A DNA stretch of 55,444 bases from Chlamydiota bacterium. GTDB lineage: Bacteria; Chlamydiota; Chlamydiia; Chlamydiales; Rhabdochlamydiaceae. Below the pieces are notes generated by a model. The model saw only the letters and a program-made list of their open reading frames with translations. It did not search any database and was not told the DNA's origin. A program made the position numbers and the translations under genes. The first letter of the stretch is position 1. Each line of letters starts with the position of its first letter. This document shows positions 8,640 to 17,939 of the stretch, piece by piece. The stretch spans positions 1-55,444 of the forward strand of contig JABDEH010000001.1 in the NCBI GenBank assembly GCA_013287215.1, read 5' to 3'.

Positions 8640-9244
8640 TTTATTCAGATCACTACCACCAAGATCGAGAAACAAGTTTACGAGCTAATGCCCACTTATG
8701 CAAAATGGCCCGGAGTAACGCGTCACTCATTAGTGATGATCGGTATCTCACCCAATTTGAGCCCAGCTCATGCAGAAGCGGCTGATCGTAATTGGCAAGA
8801 GTCGGTGTGGCCGGAACGGAAAGTTGCCTAGAGGAAAGAATCAAGCGCTTGCCAGATGAGGAACTTGCCATACTTCCTCCAGCCCAGCGCTTTGTCGAGT
8901 GGTATGTACGTCGTGATCCCCAAGCATGGTATGACTTCAGTTTCAACTCTTCCAGTTTGTGGAAAGGCGTTCTCCCGAACATGCCTATGTTTGACTACCT
9001 ATATGGGGTTGTTTTGCGCGATCTCGATATCACTCGCGGACTAGAAACCTTCGATACGCCGGTGTTGCTAGCCCTTGGACGATTCGATTTTATTGTAGCC
9101 CCGCCCCGCTCGTGGGATTCTGTGCGTCCAAAATTTCAGAATCTTACTGTACGGGTTTTCGAACATAGCGGCCATTCGCCGCAATATGAGGAGCCAGCCA
9201 ATTTTAATGAGGAACTAGTTCGATGGCTGAAAGCAAACCAATAA
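8640..9244 (+). pseudogene. alpha/beta-hydrolase-fold gene fragment (C-terminal half, frameshifted, N-terminal nucleophile region missing)
   Basis: ORF 8792..9244 starts on TTG and ends ...RVFEHSGHSPQYEEPANFNEELVRWL, a typical catalytic-His C-terminus of alpha/beta hydrolases. Upstream, a different frame (8640-8790) encodes ...QVYELMPTYAKWPGVTRHSLVMIGISPNLSPAHAEAADRNWQ..., ending at a stop. No GxSxG region is present. Confidence 0.45.
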
Positions 9245-9271
9245 CACTTGTCGGCTGATGCCTAAAAAATC

Positions 9272-10729
9272 TTATCTTGGGTTGCTTGAAGAATCTTTCC
9301 GAGGCGCTGGGGTTTTGATAAATGGCCCGCGCGTGAAATGGAGAGGGGCTATGTTCCCGGCATGGTAAATAAAGCCATCTGAGGTGCGTTCGAGGGTGCC
9401 GCCTCCATAACCTGATTGAAAAACAATTTTGCCCTCTCTAGATCGTTCGGGGTCAAAATCCAGTCGGGGGAATGCTCTACGGTCCGCAGGAATCATGTGC
9501 ACGGACCATTTGCCGGGCTCTTTTTCTTTAGGGCTTACGACCCATTCCGTGCCTAGCTCTTCGCATCGGTATGTGCCGCTAAAGATTTGCGCATCTCTTT
9601 TTTGATTTTTAGCCATTTGGTGGCCTTTGGATGGGTGGGTCCGCTCAATCTCTTTGCCTGCTAACGCATTGGCCACATCGTCTGCTGTCTTTTCTATTTT
9701 GGGAATGTTATCTGCATTTGTGGTTAAAAAAAATGCAAACGTTTGCTTGGGATTCGGATGTTCATAACGGCGATAAATGGTGACCGCTCCCGCAAGCGCA
9801 CCGGAATGCGAAATCCGAAAATAGTCCCCGATTTGGTCAATAACAAGTCCCCGGCAATAAACCTCCTTTGGAGTTCCCACGGCTCCCTTGGGGGGTTCCA
9901 AAAGATCAAAATCTCTGCGCGCAATCGCAGCATTCCATGAAATCATGTCGCTCGGAGGCCCAATAAGCCCTGTTGTGCCATAAGAACGATTGGGCGAGGT
10001 CACCTCTTGCATATAAGTTTTTTTTGTCGCGTCACCATCGAAGCCAGGGATTGTTTTAGGACAGGAAGGATCTACGGAGCACCGGGTGTCCATCTTCAAG
10101 GGGATCAACACTTCATCTCGGACATAGTCGGGAAAGGCAATACCGGATATTTTTTCAACAATTTTAGCTAAAATGTAGTAATTGGTGTTGCAATACATAA
10201 ACTTTGAACCGGGAGGAAAGACCATACCCGGATGTTTATTTAAGAGTTCGAATAGCTGATTGTTGTTAAGACCCTCCGCATCAACTCCGGTCATGAGAGC
10301 GGTAGCCCAAACCTCGGGCAGTCCGCTTCTCATATGAAGGAGGTCATCGACAGTCACTTTTTGTACGACTCCATCCAGCTTAAATACGGGAAGATCGGGG
10401 CAGATTTCGCGGATATCCTGATCATATTTAATATTTCCCCGCTTGACTAACTTGTCAATACATGCAGCGGTGAATTGCTTTGAGGTAGACCCCCAGTTTT
10501 GAGGGCCATCGGGAAGGATATTCCCCCCGTGTAAGAGCGTTGAGGAGTCCTTGTCCGGCATATTTCCTGGCATCACCACCAAATTGCACCCAACGGGAAT
10601 CGCCTTCGGATAGTCTTCACAATGGCGATCGAGCACAGCCTGAACCTTCCCTCCATCGAAGGAACGATATGAACCCTGAATGTGTCCAATAGGTGGTATT
10701 AACGACATAATTCGCTTGTAATTCATCAC
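9272..10729 (-). CDS. serine hydrolase, class-C beta-lactamase / penicillin-binding-protein-like family
   Basis: SxxK motif GSTSKQFTAAC, YxN motif YCNTNYYIL and an HSG (KTG-like) motif ISHSGALAGA are seen. LLHMRSGLPE is typical of this family. 485 aa. Confidence 0.8.
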   Translation of the reverse strand: MMNYKRIMSLIPPIGHIQGSYRSFDGGKVQAVLDRHCEDYPKAIPVGCNLVVMPGNMPDKDSSTLLHGGNILPDGPQNWGSTSKQFTAACIDKLVKRGNIKYDQDIREICPDLPVFKLDGVVQKVTVDDLLHMRSGLPEVWATALMTGVDAEGLNNNQLFELLNKHPGMVFPPGSKFMYCNTNYYILAKIVEKISGIAFPDYVRDEVLIPLKMDTRCSVDPSCPKTIPGFDGDATKKTYMQEVTSPNRSYGTTGLIGPPSDMISWNAAIARRDFDLLEPPKGAVGTPKEVYCRGLVIDQIGDYFRISHSGALAGAVTIYRRYEHPNPKQTFAFFLTTNADNIPKIEKTADDVANALAGKEIERTHPSKGHQMAKNQKRDAQIFSGTYRCEELGTEWVVSPKEKEPGKWSVHMIPADRRAFPRLDFDPERSREGKIVFQSGYGGGTLERTSDGFIYHAGNIAPLHFTRGPFIKTPAPRKDSSSNPR

Positions 10730-10858
10730 AATATTTTTGTCTTTATATTGTTTTGAAAACAGTGATGGAATGCTCGGGGTTTCTTAGGGCGCAAAACAAT
10801 GCGACAAGAGCTGGAAGTGAAGATCAAATATGGAAAACCTCTCACAACCACTAGCAGT

Positions 10859-11080
10859 CTATTGTTCTTCTAATTTTCCTCTTTTTCTTTCGCAGAGAAT
10901 CGTTATTATACTTCCTAGAGCAAGAATAGCAACAAATACCCACCCAAACCCTTCAAGCTTTGATGGGTTGAAGTGGAAAAAGACGGCTGCACTCACAATG
11001 AATATAAACTCACTGATAGAGGTCACCAGAATGCATCGAGTCAATTTTTTTCTTGTAGCTTTATCTTGGTTGATGGTCAA
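10859..11080 (-). CDS. small two-TM membrane protein (hypothetical)
   Basis: 73-aa ORF with two hydrophobic helices. It lies antisense to a less protein-like + ORF (10830..11339). Confidence 0.3.
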   Translation of the reverse strand: MTINQDKATRKKLTRCILVTSISEFIFIVSAAVFFHFNPSKLEGFGWVFVAILALGSIITILCERKRGKLEEQ

Positions 11081-11154
11081 TTTGTCATCTCCTGAATTGA
11101 CCCAAGTTATAGCAAATCACTGGTATATCCTCAACAATATCATCTCTTTCAAAC

Positions 11155-12132
11155 TTACCGCAGAAAATCAATCTTTCTTAGAGCCCGATCCCCAGGGAGA
11201 ATGTTCACAGGAGCCAAAGGACTCCTTTTCGCTGCCGTCAACGATTGCTGCTCTGGAATGGCAACAGCGGCCCGGCCTGTTCCTAGATGTAGAACGGGAG
11301 CCCCTTTCTTATACAATTTTGGCTTGTAGGCCTGAATAAATCGGGTATTGGCGCCCGTGATCTTCGTCAGATTTCCAATATACGCTGCGCGCGCTTCGGA
11401 AGTCTTGAGCCATTCCACAATGTTAGAAACGTATAGCGTGTCAAGTGCAAGATCTTTGTCCCTCATCCATGCATGAATGCGCTCAAACTCTCCCTTTTGA
11501 TCCGTAATATCAAGGTTGAGATACAGCACGCGCCCTTTTTCGTGCAGGGATTTAATCACCGCAAATTTGTCTTGGCTCATGAGCCAGCTACCGGGTCGTC
11601 TGAGTTCAGCATTAACGTCAAATATCTTACTGATCTCTTCCTCTGGAAGGCCAGAAAAAAAGCGATCGGCGTTTTCAATTAAAAAAAGACGAAATTTATG
11701 CACAAAGCTGTCCGGGCTTTCGCTCTCCAGGAGGCAGTTTTGAATCCCCTCATAAATCTCCATCACATGATTATCCACATCGCAAATAATCGCATAGGCG
11801 GGCTTGCTAACGCTGATCAGGTCAAGGTTAAACCAAACAGAAAATCCTACATGTACTCGTTGATCAGCGGCAATGTGCGATGTCTCGTCCACAAGTTGCA
11901 GTATCTCGCTCTGCTTTTCTTCGTTACATCCAATATAAGGTTGCCCAGAGGCTGGGCCTATTTTTTGAAATGGCTGCGGCAGTCCATTAAAAACACGAGA
12001 AACGGCTCCTTCTTCTTGGCCTGCACCCTTTTCCGTGGAAATTTTTGTCTTTTTTTTATCAGGTGACTGCGCATTTAGAGCTCGCGAAGTGATAGGAGAC
12101 AAAGGACTTATTTTAGTGCTCATCTTATTCAA
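11155..12132 (-). CDS. hypothetical protein
   Basis: 325-aa ORF with a protein-like composition. No domain recognised. Confidence 0.55.
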   Translation of the reverse strand: MNKMSTKISPLSPITSRALNAQSPDKKKTKISTEKGAGQEEGAVSRVFNGLPQPFQKIGPASGQPYIGCNEEKQSEILQLVDETSHIAADQRVHVGFSVWFNLDLISVSKPAYAIICDVDNHVMEIYEGIQNCLLESESPDSFVHKFRLFLIENADRFFSGLPEEEISKIFDVNAELRRPGSWLMSQDKFAVIKSLHEKGRVLYLNLDITDQKGEFERIHAWMRDKDLALDTLYVSNIVEWLKTSEARAAYIGNLTKITGANTRFIQAYKPKLYKKGAPVLHLGTGRAAVAIPEQQSLTAAKRSPLAPVNILPGDRALRKIDFLR

Positions 12133-12258
12133 CCTTTTTTTGTTAAAATCTACCTATATTATAAAACCGTTCGAATTATTAATAAACTTAAACTATTATC
12201 TTATACAATAAATTGCACGCAGAAATATTTTAATTAATATGGTAATTATTAATTTAAG

Positions 12259-13332
12259 TTGACTAAAATCAATATTAATATACCATATCCGGCCATGTAT
12301 CCTACTCAACCATCAAGCTTTAACCATGTCTGCACTCAATGGTCTAACCAAGATTGGACTGTGTTTCTTCGGCTGGCTCTCCCGGTGTGGAATGGATCTT
12401 TATCGTCGAGTAATCCCCAGCCCGAGCACTTTTTCCGGGTCATCGATCTCCTCAAAGAGCAGGAAAGAGAGATTTCCCTCCTTCCCTGCGGGCAAGAAGT
12501 CTTAGCAAAGCTCCCTTCAGACCCTACCGATCCATTTTTTTATTTCAAACGCAAGGCATACCTGCTTGCCCACAATAGAGTGGAATTTTGGAAGCTACTT
12601 CCTGGAGGGGCAGAGTATTTAAGCGATAAAACAGATCATTTTCAGCTAGCCTCGGAATTAGAGAACTGGATGCGACAAAGACCGGCTGTTTTGGCGTTAA
12701 AGGGTCTTTTAATCATCAAAAAAAACCTCACGCGGCTGCCTCCTGAAATTGGCCTTTTTACACAACTCAAAAGCTTAATGATCGCAAAAACACCGCTAAT
12801 CGCCCTTCCATCCGAATTCGGAAAGCTCACGGCGCTAAAAGATTTGTATATCAGTCATGCTCCCATGCGGCAGTTATGCCCAGAATTTCAAAATCTTCGC
12901 AGCTTAGAAAAGCTACAAATCAGCGAAACCGAACTAGAAAATATAGATGTGCTAGAGAATCTTGAAGGTCTAAGGCATTTGAACCTAACGACCAACCGGA
13001 TTCGAAAGGTGCCCTCAGCAATTTCATGGCCTCGTTTAGAATTGCTATTTCTTGATCACAATCAAATTGCTGAACTTCCTGACGCTTTGTATGGGCAGCA
13101 TTCATTGGTTTGCCTGGTACTGACATCCAATCAATTAACTGCGCTTTCCGCAAAGATTGCTTCCCTGGTGAAACTGGAGATCTTGTACCTTGGCCACAAC
13201 CAACTGTCAACCCTTCCTGATAGTATGCAAGAACTGGAGAGGCTCGACTCGATCTATATCGAGCATAATGCATTCGCAGAGGTTCCGCGGTGCCTAAGAT
13301 CCATTCCCTCGTTGAAGCATATCATCCACTGA
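12259..13332 (+). CDS. leucine-rich repeat protein (classical LxxLxLxxNxL...LP repeats), eukaryote-like
   Basis: About 9 tandem 23-aa LRRs, e.g. LKSLMIAKTPLIALPSEFGKLTALKDLYISHAP, LELLFLDHNQIAELPDAL and LEILYLGHNQLSTLPDSMQELERL. An alternative start at 12292 is possible. Confidence 0.75.
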   Translation: MTKININIPYPAMYPTQPSSFNHVCTQWSNQDWTVFLRLALPVWNGSLSSSNPQPEHFFRVIDLLKEQEREISLLPCGQEVLAKLPSDPTDPFFYFKRKAYLLAHNRVEFWKLLPGGAEYLSDKTDHFQLASELENWMRQRPAVLALKGLLIIKKNLTRLPPEIGLFTQLKSLMIAKTPLIALPSEFGKLTALKDLYISHAPMRQLCPEFQNLRSLEKLQISETELENIDVLENLEGLRHLNLTTNRIRKVPSAISWPRLELLFLDHNQIAELPDALYGQHSLVCLVLTSNQLTALSAKIASLVKLEILYLGHNQLSTLPDSMQELERLDSIYIEHNAFAEVPRCLRSIPSLKHIIH

Positions 13333-13396
13333 CCAAAACTCCCCCACCAAAAAGCCCAAGGCAGCATTTTTTGAGTCTGCAATGCCGTGAATGGTC

Positions 13397-14401
13397 TTAT
13401 TCTAAGGAAGACAACTGCCGCAGTGTTGTGTTCAGAAAATCCCCCTCTGAATAAAGAGCGGTCAGGTTTCTTTGGGTTTCCCGATACTTTTTTTGAAGCT
13501 CAAGGGTTTCTGCAGTATCCTTTAGTGCCACAAATCCAGGGGGGCGAACAAGCGCCCACTTGCTGGGCCAAGCAAACCCATCGATGCTTGCTTCCCAATA
13601 GGAAAGCTCGTCCTGCAGCGAGCTAAAATTGGCTAATTTTTTCGGAATATGCAAGGTGTAGTCATGGGACCCACTCAGACAATGTGGCAAAAGCGCCTTC
13701 ATTAATTCATAGCGCCGTTCAAATGCCAAGGCATTATCCTTCCCATATCCCAGTAAAATGCCATAAAGCACCTCGTTGTCATGCAGAATTTCAAAAAAGG
13801 TTTCTTTCCCGGCAGAAATTCTCTCAAGCAGGCCCTCGCTTGTCACATCGTCACCTAATTCTTCCCTAAATAGGTCCAGATGCTCATTAACCTTGGCAAC
13901 AAAGTACTTTTTGTTAATGAATGTGATCACTCTGATCTCCTCGCAAGAGGAATCAGGTTCGTTGAGAAGAAGAAAGTTCTGTCCCACAAAGGACTGTTGG
14001 TATTTTGACCACGTTTTCCATAGAGATCCCACAGGAAAACGCCCAGAATGACCCAATAGAATATTCCCCACCGGCTGCTCCGTAAAATAACCTGCAAGGG
14101 AGATAGGCTTTTCCCCGAACAGGGTATACCCAAAATCATCCTCAAACACCAGCTTCCTAAACAGCACTTCTATATCTACCAGATCGGTCTTATCGACAGA
14201 TGCAATTCTTTCATCAAGAGGATGATTATCAGTCGACCCGGAAACAGGTAACATAAGTCCTAAGAAAACGAAGACCGTTAGGAGCACCCAGCGATAGAGA
14301 TTTGCTATTAGATTTTTCACTAGGTTTCTTTTAGCCAGTTTATCACATGCTGATCCGGGCAAGGACATCCAATAAACTAGAGGCAAATATTTGACCAGCA
14401 A
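13397..14401 (-). CDS. secreted protein, paralog family A (with 21774..22712 and 22787..23677)
   Basis: Shared motifs are YTLFGEKP / YVLYGTKP / FVLFGSKP and VLYGILLGYGKDNALAF / VLLGILLGFGRDNAWFF / ALYGTLLGFGRDNAWFF. The likely real start is the GTG at 14320 (MKNLIANLYRWVLLTVFVFLGLMLPVSG signal peptide), which avoids overlap with the upstream gene. Confidence 0.6.
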   Translation of the reverse strand: MLVKYLPLVYWMSLPGSACDKLAKRNLVKNLIANLYRWVLLTVFVFLGLMLPVSGSTDNHPLDERIASVDKTDLVDIEVLFRKLVFEDDFGYTLFGEKPISLAGYFTEQPVGNILLGHSGRFPVGSLWKTWSKYQQSFVGQNFLLLNEPDSSCEEIRVITFINKKYFVAKVNEHLDLFREELGDDVTSEGLLERISAGKETFFEILHDNEVLYGILLGYGKDNALAFERRYELMKALLPHCLSGSHDYTLHIPKKLANFSSLQDELSYWEASIDGFAWPSKWALVRPPGFVALKDTAETLELQKKYRETQRNLTALYSEGDFLNTTLRQLSSLE

Positions 14402-15272
14402 CGCTCTCTAGGATAGTCCGGATAGAACGGAAGGCTTCTTTAATTATGGATTTTTCAGGATTAGGTGAGGCAGATTGCTCGTTTAGCGTTTGTAGGGCAG
14501 CTTGCATCTCGGTCTTTTGAATTGGGGATAAATTTAGAGAAGCAAATCCATTTTTGATCTCTTCGACTACCCTAGAAATGACTTCCAGATCTATAGATTC
14601 ATTGATCATTGACAGTGTCGACCCCCTTCCACCCTGCTGAATTTGAGAACTATGCGCGGCCTGAACAACTGTTTGAACTACTTCGGCATAGTAATTGTTA
14701 TGAGTAATCGACTCACTCTGAGCTGATTCCTTTTCCTCTACTGTGAAGGCCATATCCTCCCCCACAATCCCTGCCTCTTCTAAGTCCAAAGTCCAGTTTA
14801 GCAGCGCTGTCTTAACTTTATCAATAATTCCATGGACTTGGCCGGAGTCAACGATTAACGATATATCAGATGGAGAAGGGCGCCCGATCTCATTCATGAT
14901 TCTAAGAACTTCATGCTGCGATAAGGGAATTCTTAATGCGCCTGATTGGGGGCTTTCGCGTGTAAGGAGTTTTTCAATTTCTCCTACCGATTGCCCTATT
15001 TTACATGTTGAATATGCATCGGGATCGTTTGGAGTGAATATTGGCTGCCATATCTTGAGGATATGATTCCATCCTTTAAGACTTGAGGCCAGTTGGCGGT
15101 AGGAAGGAATTTCAATGGTTCCCTGATAGCCATTTAGTTCCGCCTCCAACCATTTTGCAAAATCTGATAATTTGAGTTTTTTCGCTACTAAAAGTGCAAA
15201 TCTCAAGATTTCTGAAACAGATAGATCCTTGTTAAAGATTTTTTGTTGTAATTCATGTATCAAGGTTGCCAT
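14343..15272 (-). CDS. hypothetical protein with AbiTii-like N-terminal region (tentative abortive-infection-related)
   Basis: 309-aa ORF with a good RBS (AGGAGtaaatctagATG). The N-terminus LRFALLVAKKLKLSDFAKWLEAELNGYQG recalls the AbiTii N-terminal pattern (W..EL.GY). This assignment is from memory, not a search. Confidence 0.5.
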   Translation of the reverse strand: MATLIHELQQKIFNKDLSVSEILRFALLVAKKLKLSDFAKWLEAELNGYQGTIEIPSYRQLASSLKGWNHILKIWQPIFTPNDPDAYSTCKIGQSVGEIEKLLTRESPQSGALRIPLSQHEVLRIMNEIGRPSPSDISLIVDSGQVHGIIDKVKTALLNWTLDLEEAGIVGEDMAFTVEEKESAQSESITHNNYYAEVVQTVVQAAHSSQIQQGGRGSTLSMINESIDLEVISRVVEEIKNGFASLNLSPIQKTEMQAALQTLNEQSASPNPEKSIIKEAFRSIRTILESVAGQIFASSLLDVLARISM

Positions 15273-15341
15273 CTAGATTTACTCCTAGGACGGGCTCGGA
15301 CCCGCACAACATTTCCGAATTTTAAAATCCTGCTCATTCCT

Positions 15342-15608
15342 CTAAAACAGATCCGAATGAGTCCCTGTTCTGACAAAATAAATTCGTTCATTATCTTTCT
15401 TATAAATAAGAAGCCAATCTGGGGTGATATGACATTCCCAATATCCCACGAAATTACCCTTTAGCTTATGGTTTCTGTGCTTGTGAGCTAATGGTTTCTC
15501 ATTAATTAAATGTTCCAAAACGGGCTTGATTTTTTCCATGTCATACCCGCGTTTTTTTACTTTCTCAAGTTCGTCCTCAAACGAACGCAAATACACAGGC
15601 TTTAGCAT
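15342..15608 (-). CDS. yafQ: type II toxin, YafQ/RelE-family mRNA interferase
   Basis: 88 aa: ...HRNHKLKGNFVGYWECHITPDWLLIYKKDNERIYFVRTGTHSDLF matches the YafQ C-terminal signature (...ECHIKPDWLLIY...RTGTHSDLF). Confidence 0.8.
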   Translation of the reverse strand: MLKPVYLRSFEDELEKVKKRGYDMEKIKPVLEHLINEKPLAHKHRNHKLKGNFVGYWECHITPDWLLIYKKDNERIYFVRTGTHSDLF

Positions 15609-15865
15609 TAGATCCCCAGTTTACGGAAAAGGTCCGCGACATCGTCAGCTTGGACTAAACCCTTTCCCTTTTCTACGCTCTCAATAGCTTTCAGCGTTTC
15701 CGCATTTGGTGTGTTTTCACTATACAGATTTCCGTGAATCCATTCCGCTACAATCTCTCGCATGCTTTTTCCTAATACAGCGGCAAGAGCCTTGAGACGC
15801 TTGTGGTCTTCATTGGGAAGGTCTATAGTCATACGAGACAAATTACTCTTTACAGACATAGTCAC
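15608..15865 (-). CDS. dinJ: type II antitoxin, DinJ/RelB family (RHH)
   Basis: 85-aa ORF. Its 1-nt overlap with yafQ (ATGA) is the typical antitoxin-then-toxin arrangement. The N-terminus SRMTIDLPNEDHKRLKALAAVLGKSMREIV is RHH-like. Confidence 0.75.
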   Translation of the reverse strand: MTMSVKSNLSRMTIDLPNEDHKRLKALAAVLGKSMREIVAEWIHGNLYSENTPNAETLKAIESVEKGKGLVQADDVADLFRKLGI

Positions 15866-16044
15866 TCTCCTTTCTTTTCATAATACCAGATTTAAAGATT
15901 TAAAGAAATAATGATTTCTGGTCAAGCATGTGAAGATTGTAACATATTCATAATTAAGCAGTTAACATCTAAACAGCCAATACCTAGCTGTGAAAAGGGC
16001 GAGGATTTAACAATTCCCTGCTACCCTGCCGCTGCATACACCTA

Positions 16045-16545
16045 TCAAGACGCAACAGCGCTGGCTTCTTTAACAAGCCGTACGTACGTTTCCCATAGAT
16101 TTACGTCGACTTTTCTTGCTCGGATCATAGACAGCATCAATTTTTGGATTTGTCCCATCGTTTGATGTGGAGAGAGCATTGCGATCACCTCTTCTATCCC
16201 CTCTATCTTTGAATCCTTCAACGCATTGACGAGCTGGTTAATCATAGTTTTTTTTATTTTGAGGTCTACAGTCCTTTTCACCTTCAAAGCAGGCATAGCC
16301 GGCGAAGACAGAGCCTCAGGGTTTTCTTTTTCAAGGATATGCTTTTGAACCATTCTTTGTAGTTCCTTGGGATCAGTCTTTCTAAGCTTTATAAAAGAAA
16401 GATGATGAAGTTGGCCATTTACCCCGGGAATATAGTGGCGGAGATCCTGTTCCTTCTGTACCCCGACTTTCTTCATTGCAGCGGCGATGCACTCATTGAG
16501 CTCATCGATCCGTTTTTTTTCTATATCAGTTTTTGCTATCATCAA
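16045..16545 (-). CDS. hypothetical protein
   Basis: 166-aa ORF with a GGAG RBS. No domain recognised. Confidence 0.5.
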   Translation of the reverse strand: MMIAKTDIEKKRIDELNECIAAAMKKVGVQKEQDLRHYIPGVNGQLHHLSFIKLRKTDPKELQRMVQKHILEKENPEALSSPAMPALKVKRTVDLKIKKTMINQLVNALKDSKIEGIEEVIAMLSPHQTMGQIQKLMLSMIRARKVDVNLWETYVRLVKEASAVAS

Positions 16546-16724
16546 TTACCTAGCTCCTAGTTGTAAAACCCTTGCAAGGGGCTAAAAACGCGTTAAAATT
16601 TTGAACCCATAAAGGCATGGTCTAAAATCACAAAGCTCTTTTCAGCCCAATCAAAGCGATTCCAGGAGTTTATATATACCCAGTTTATCATGCAAACCAT
16701 TCTATCAGCTAGTAGCTGGCTGCT

Positions 16725-17849
16725 TTACTTGCATTCCTTTCTTTCAATGTAACCAAAAAAATGCGGTAGTTCTCCTTCAGCAATCGTAATCCCTTCCAAC
16801 CCCTCTTTCCATGCCAATATTTTCTCTTGTTTCATTTCATCAGAAAGTCGGTCTTTGTGAGTCACGGTGTAATATCCTGTCTCAGAAATGAAAGAACGCA
16901 CCACAGCAATATGACAGCTATCTTCCTCCCAATAAGAATAGCTATAGATGACCTCGGTGGGAGACTGTTTGAGAACCTGGATCACAGCCTTGTTATCAGA
17001 TCTCCTCTTTATAGTGTCCTTCTCGAACTCGAATAGTGGGTCGATGGAAGTCCCATTCACAACAGACCTCATTTTCACACCCACACTGTCAAACAAACTG
17101 CCTCCAAAAAAAGGAAGCCATCCGGTCAGGGGCGGAGTAAGACGGACGAGCATAAGCCCAAAATCATAGCGGAGGGCGCATAAACTCGACCAACCCCTAA
17201 AAGCGGATCCATACTCCAAGCCATCAAGTCGTTCAGCCAGAGATAAAGACTCGCAGTGACTAGAAGCCTCCTCATAAGAGACCACACGCGCAGACCCCTT
17301 TAGCAAGTTAATGGCTTTTGTCCTCTCATCAGAGCTCATTTCTCCATTCTTTCGCACCACCCCTACAGTATGGAATCCTGCTTCGGTCAAAAAACTACGG
17401 GCAATCTCATGCTTTTCAGGCAACTTGTGGTGTCGCTTATGCAGGATCCATTCGTATAGAACGTCGTTTTCATTTTCCTCTATGACAGCCCACGTCACCT
17501 GGGCTTTTTCTGAGCAAGGGATCACCTCTTCCTGCACATAGTCCAGTACCTTGTCTCCATCTCGACCCATGTTGCTATTAAACACCTCTCGGGCGCGATA
17601 GTGAATACGGATTCTATCGGTGATCTTTTTAACATCTTGATCGAAGGGGCAGCATTCAACCCGACCCTCATTTCTATCAACCACTCGATAGATCTCTTTC
17701 CAATTGGGATAGCTATCCTTAGGCAGCTCCAAAAGAATCGTTTCCAGAGGCATGCGCGCGAGGCAAACATCAATATAATCGGCGGACACCATTCGTTGCG
17801 AAAGCACTAAGAAAAGCGCCATAATCAGGAAAAATATTTTTTTTCTCAT
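16725..17849 (-). CDS. secreted protein, paralog family B (tandem with 17940..19028)
   Basis: Signal peptide MRKKIFFLIMALFLVLSQRMVSA. Blocks such as VTWAVIEENENDVLYEWILHKRHHKLPEKHEIARSFLTEAGFHTV align with VTWNVIEKNEKDVIYEWYLHRRHKKSPEQHVVARSFLTESGYHTV in the neighbour. Confidence 0.65.
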   Translation of the reverse strand: MRKKIFFLIMALFLVLSQRMVSADYIDVCLARMPLETILLELPKDSYPNWKEIYRVVDRNEGRVECCPFDQDVKKITDRIRIHYRAREVFNSNMGRDGDKVLDYVQEEVIPCSEKAQVTWAVIEENENDVLYEWILHKRHHKLPEKHEIARSFLTEAGFHTVGVVRKNGEMSSDERTKAINLLKGSARVVSYEEASSHCESLSLAERLDGLEYGSAFRGWSSLCALRYDFGLMLVRLTPPLTGWLPFFGGSLFDSVGVKMRSVVNGTSIDPLFEFEKDTIKRRSDNKAVIQVLKQSPTEVIYSYSYWEEDSCHIAVVRSFISETGYYTVTHKDRLSDEMKQEKILAWKEGLEGITIAEGELPHFFGYIERKECK

Positions 17850-17939
17850 AGAACCTTTTGATTCATTTGTTTGGTTTGCGATATCTCAATCCAAAAGTCA
17901 TCAGACCGTTGGAATCTGTACATTCTTCTACTTTTAGGG

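Noticed and set aside
10830-11339. 169-aa plus ORF overlapping two minus-strand ORFs
   Set aside because: Composition is less protein-like and it has no RBS. It overlaps the better-supported 325-aa gene end and the small membrane ORF.
14743-15066. 107-aa plus ORF inside the AbiTii-like gene
   Set aside because: Antisense shadow ORF. The minus-strand gene has a strong RBS and uninterrupted frame.
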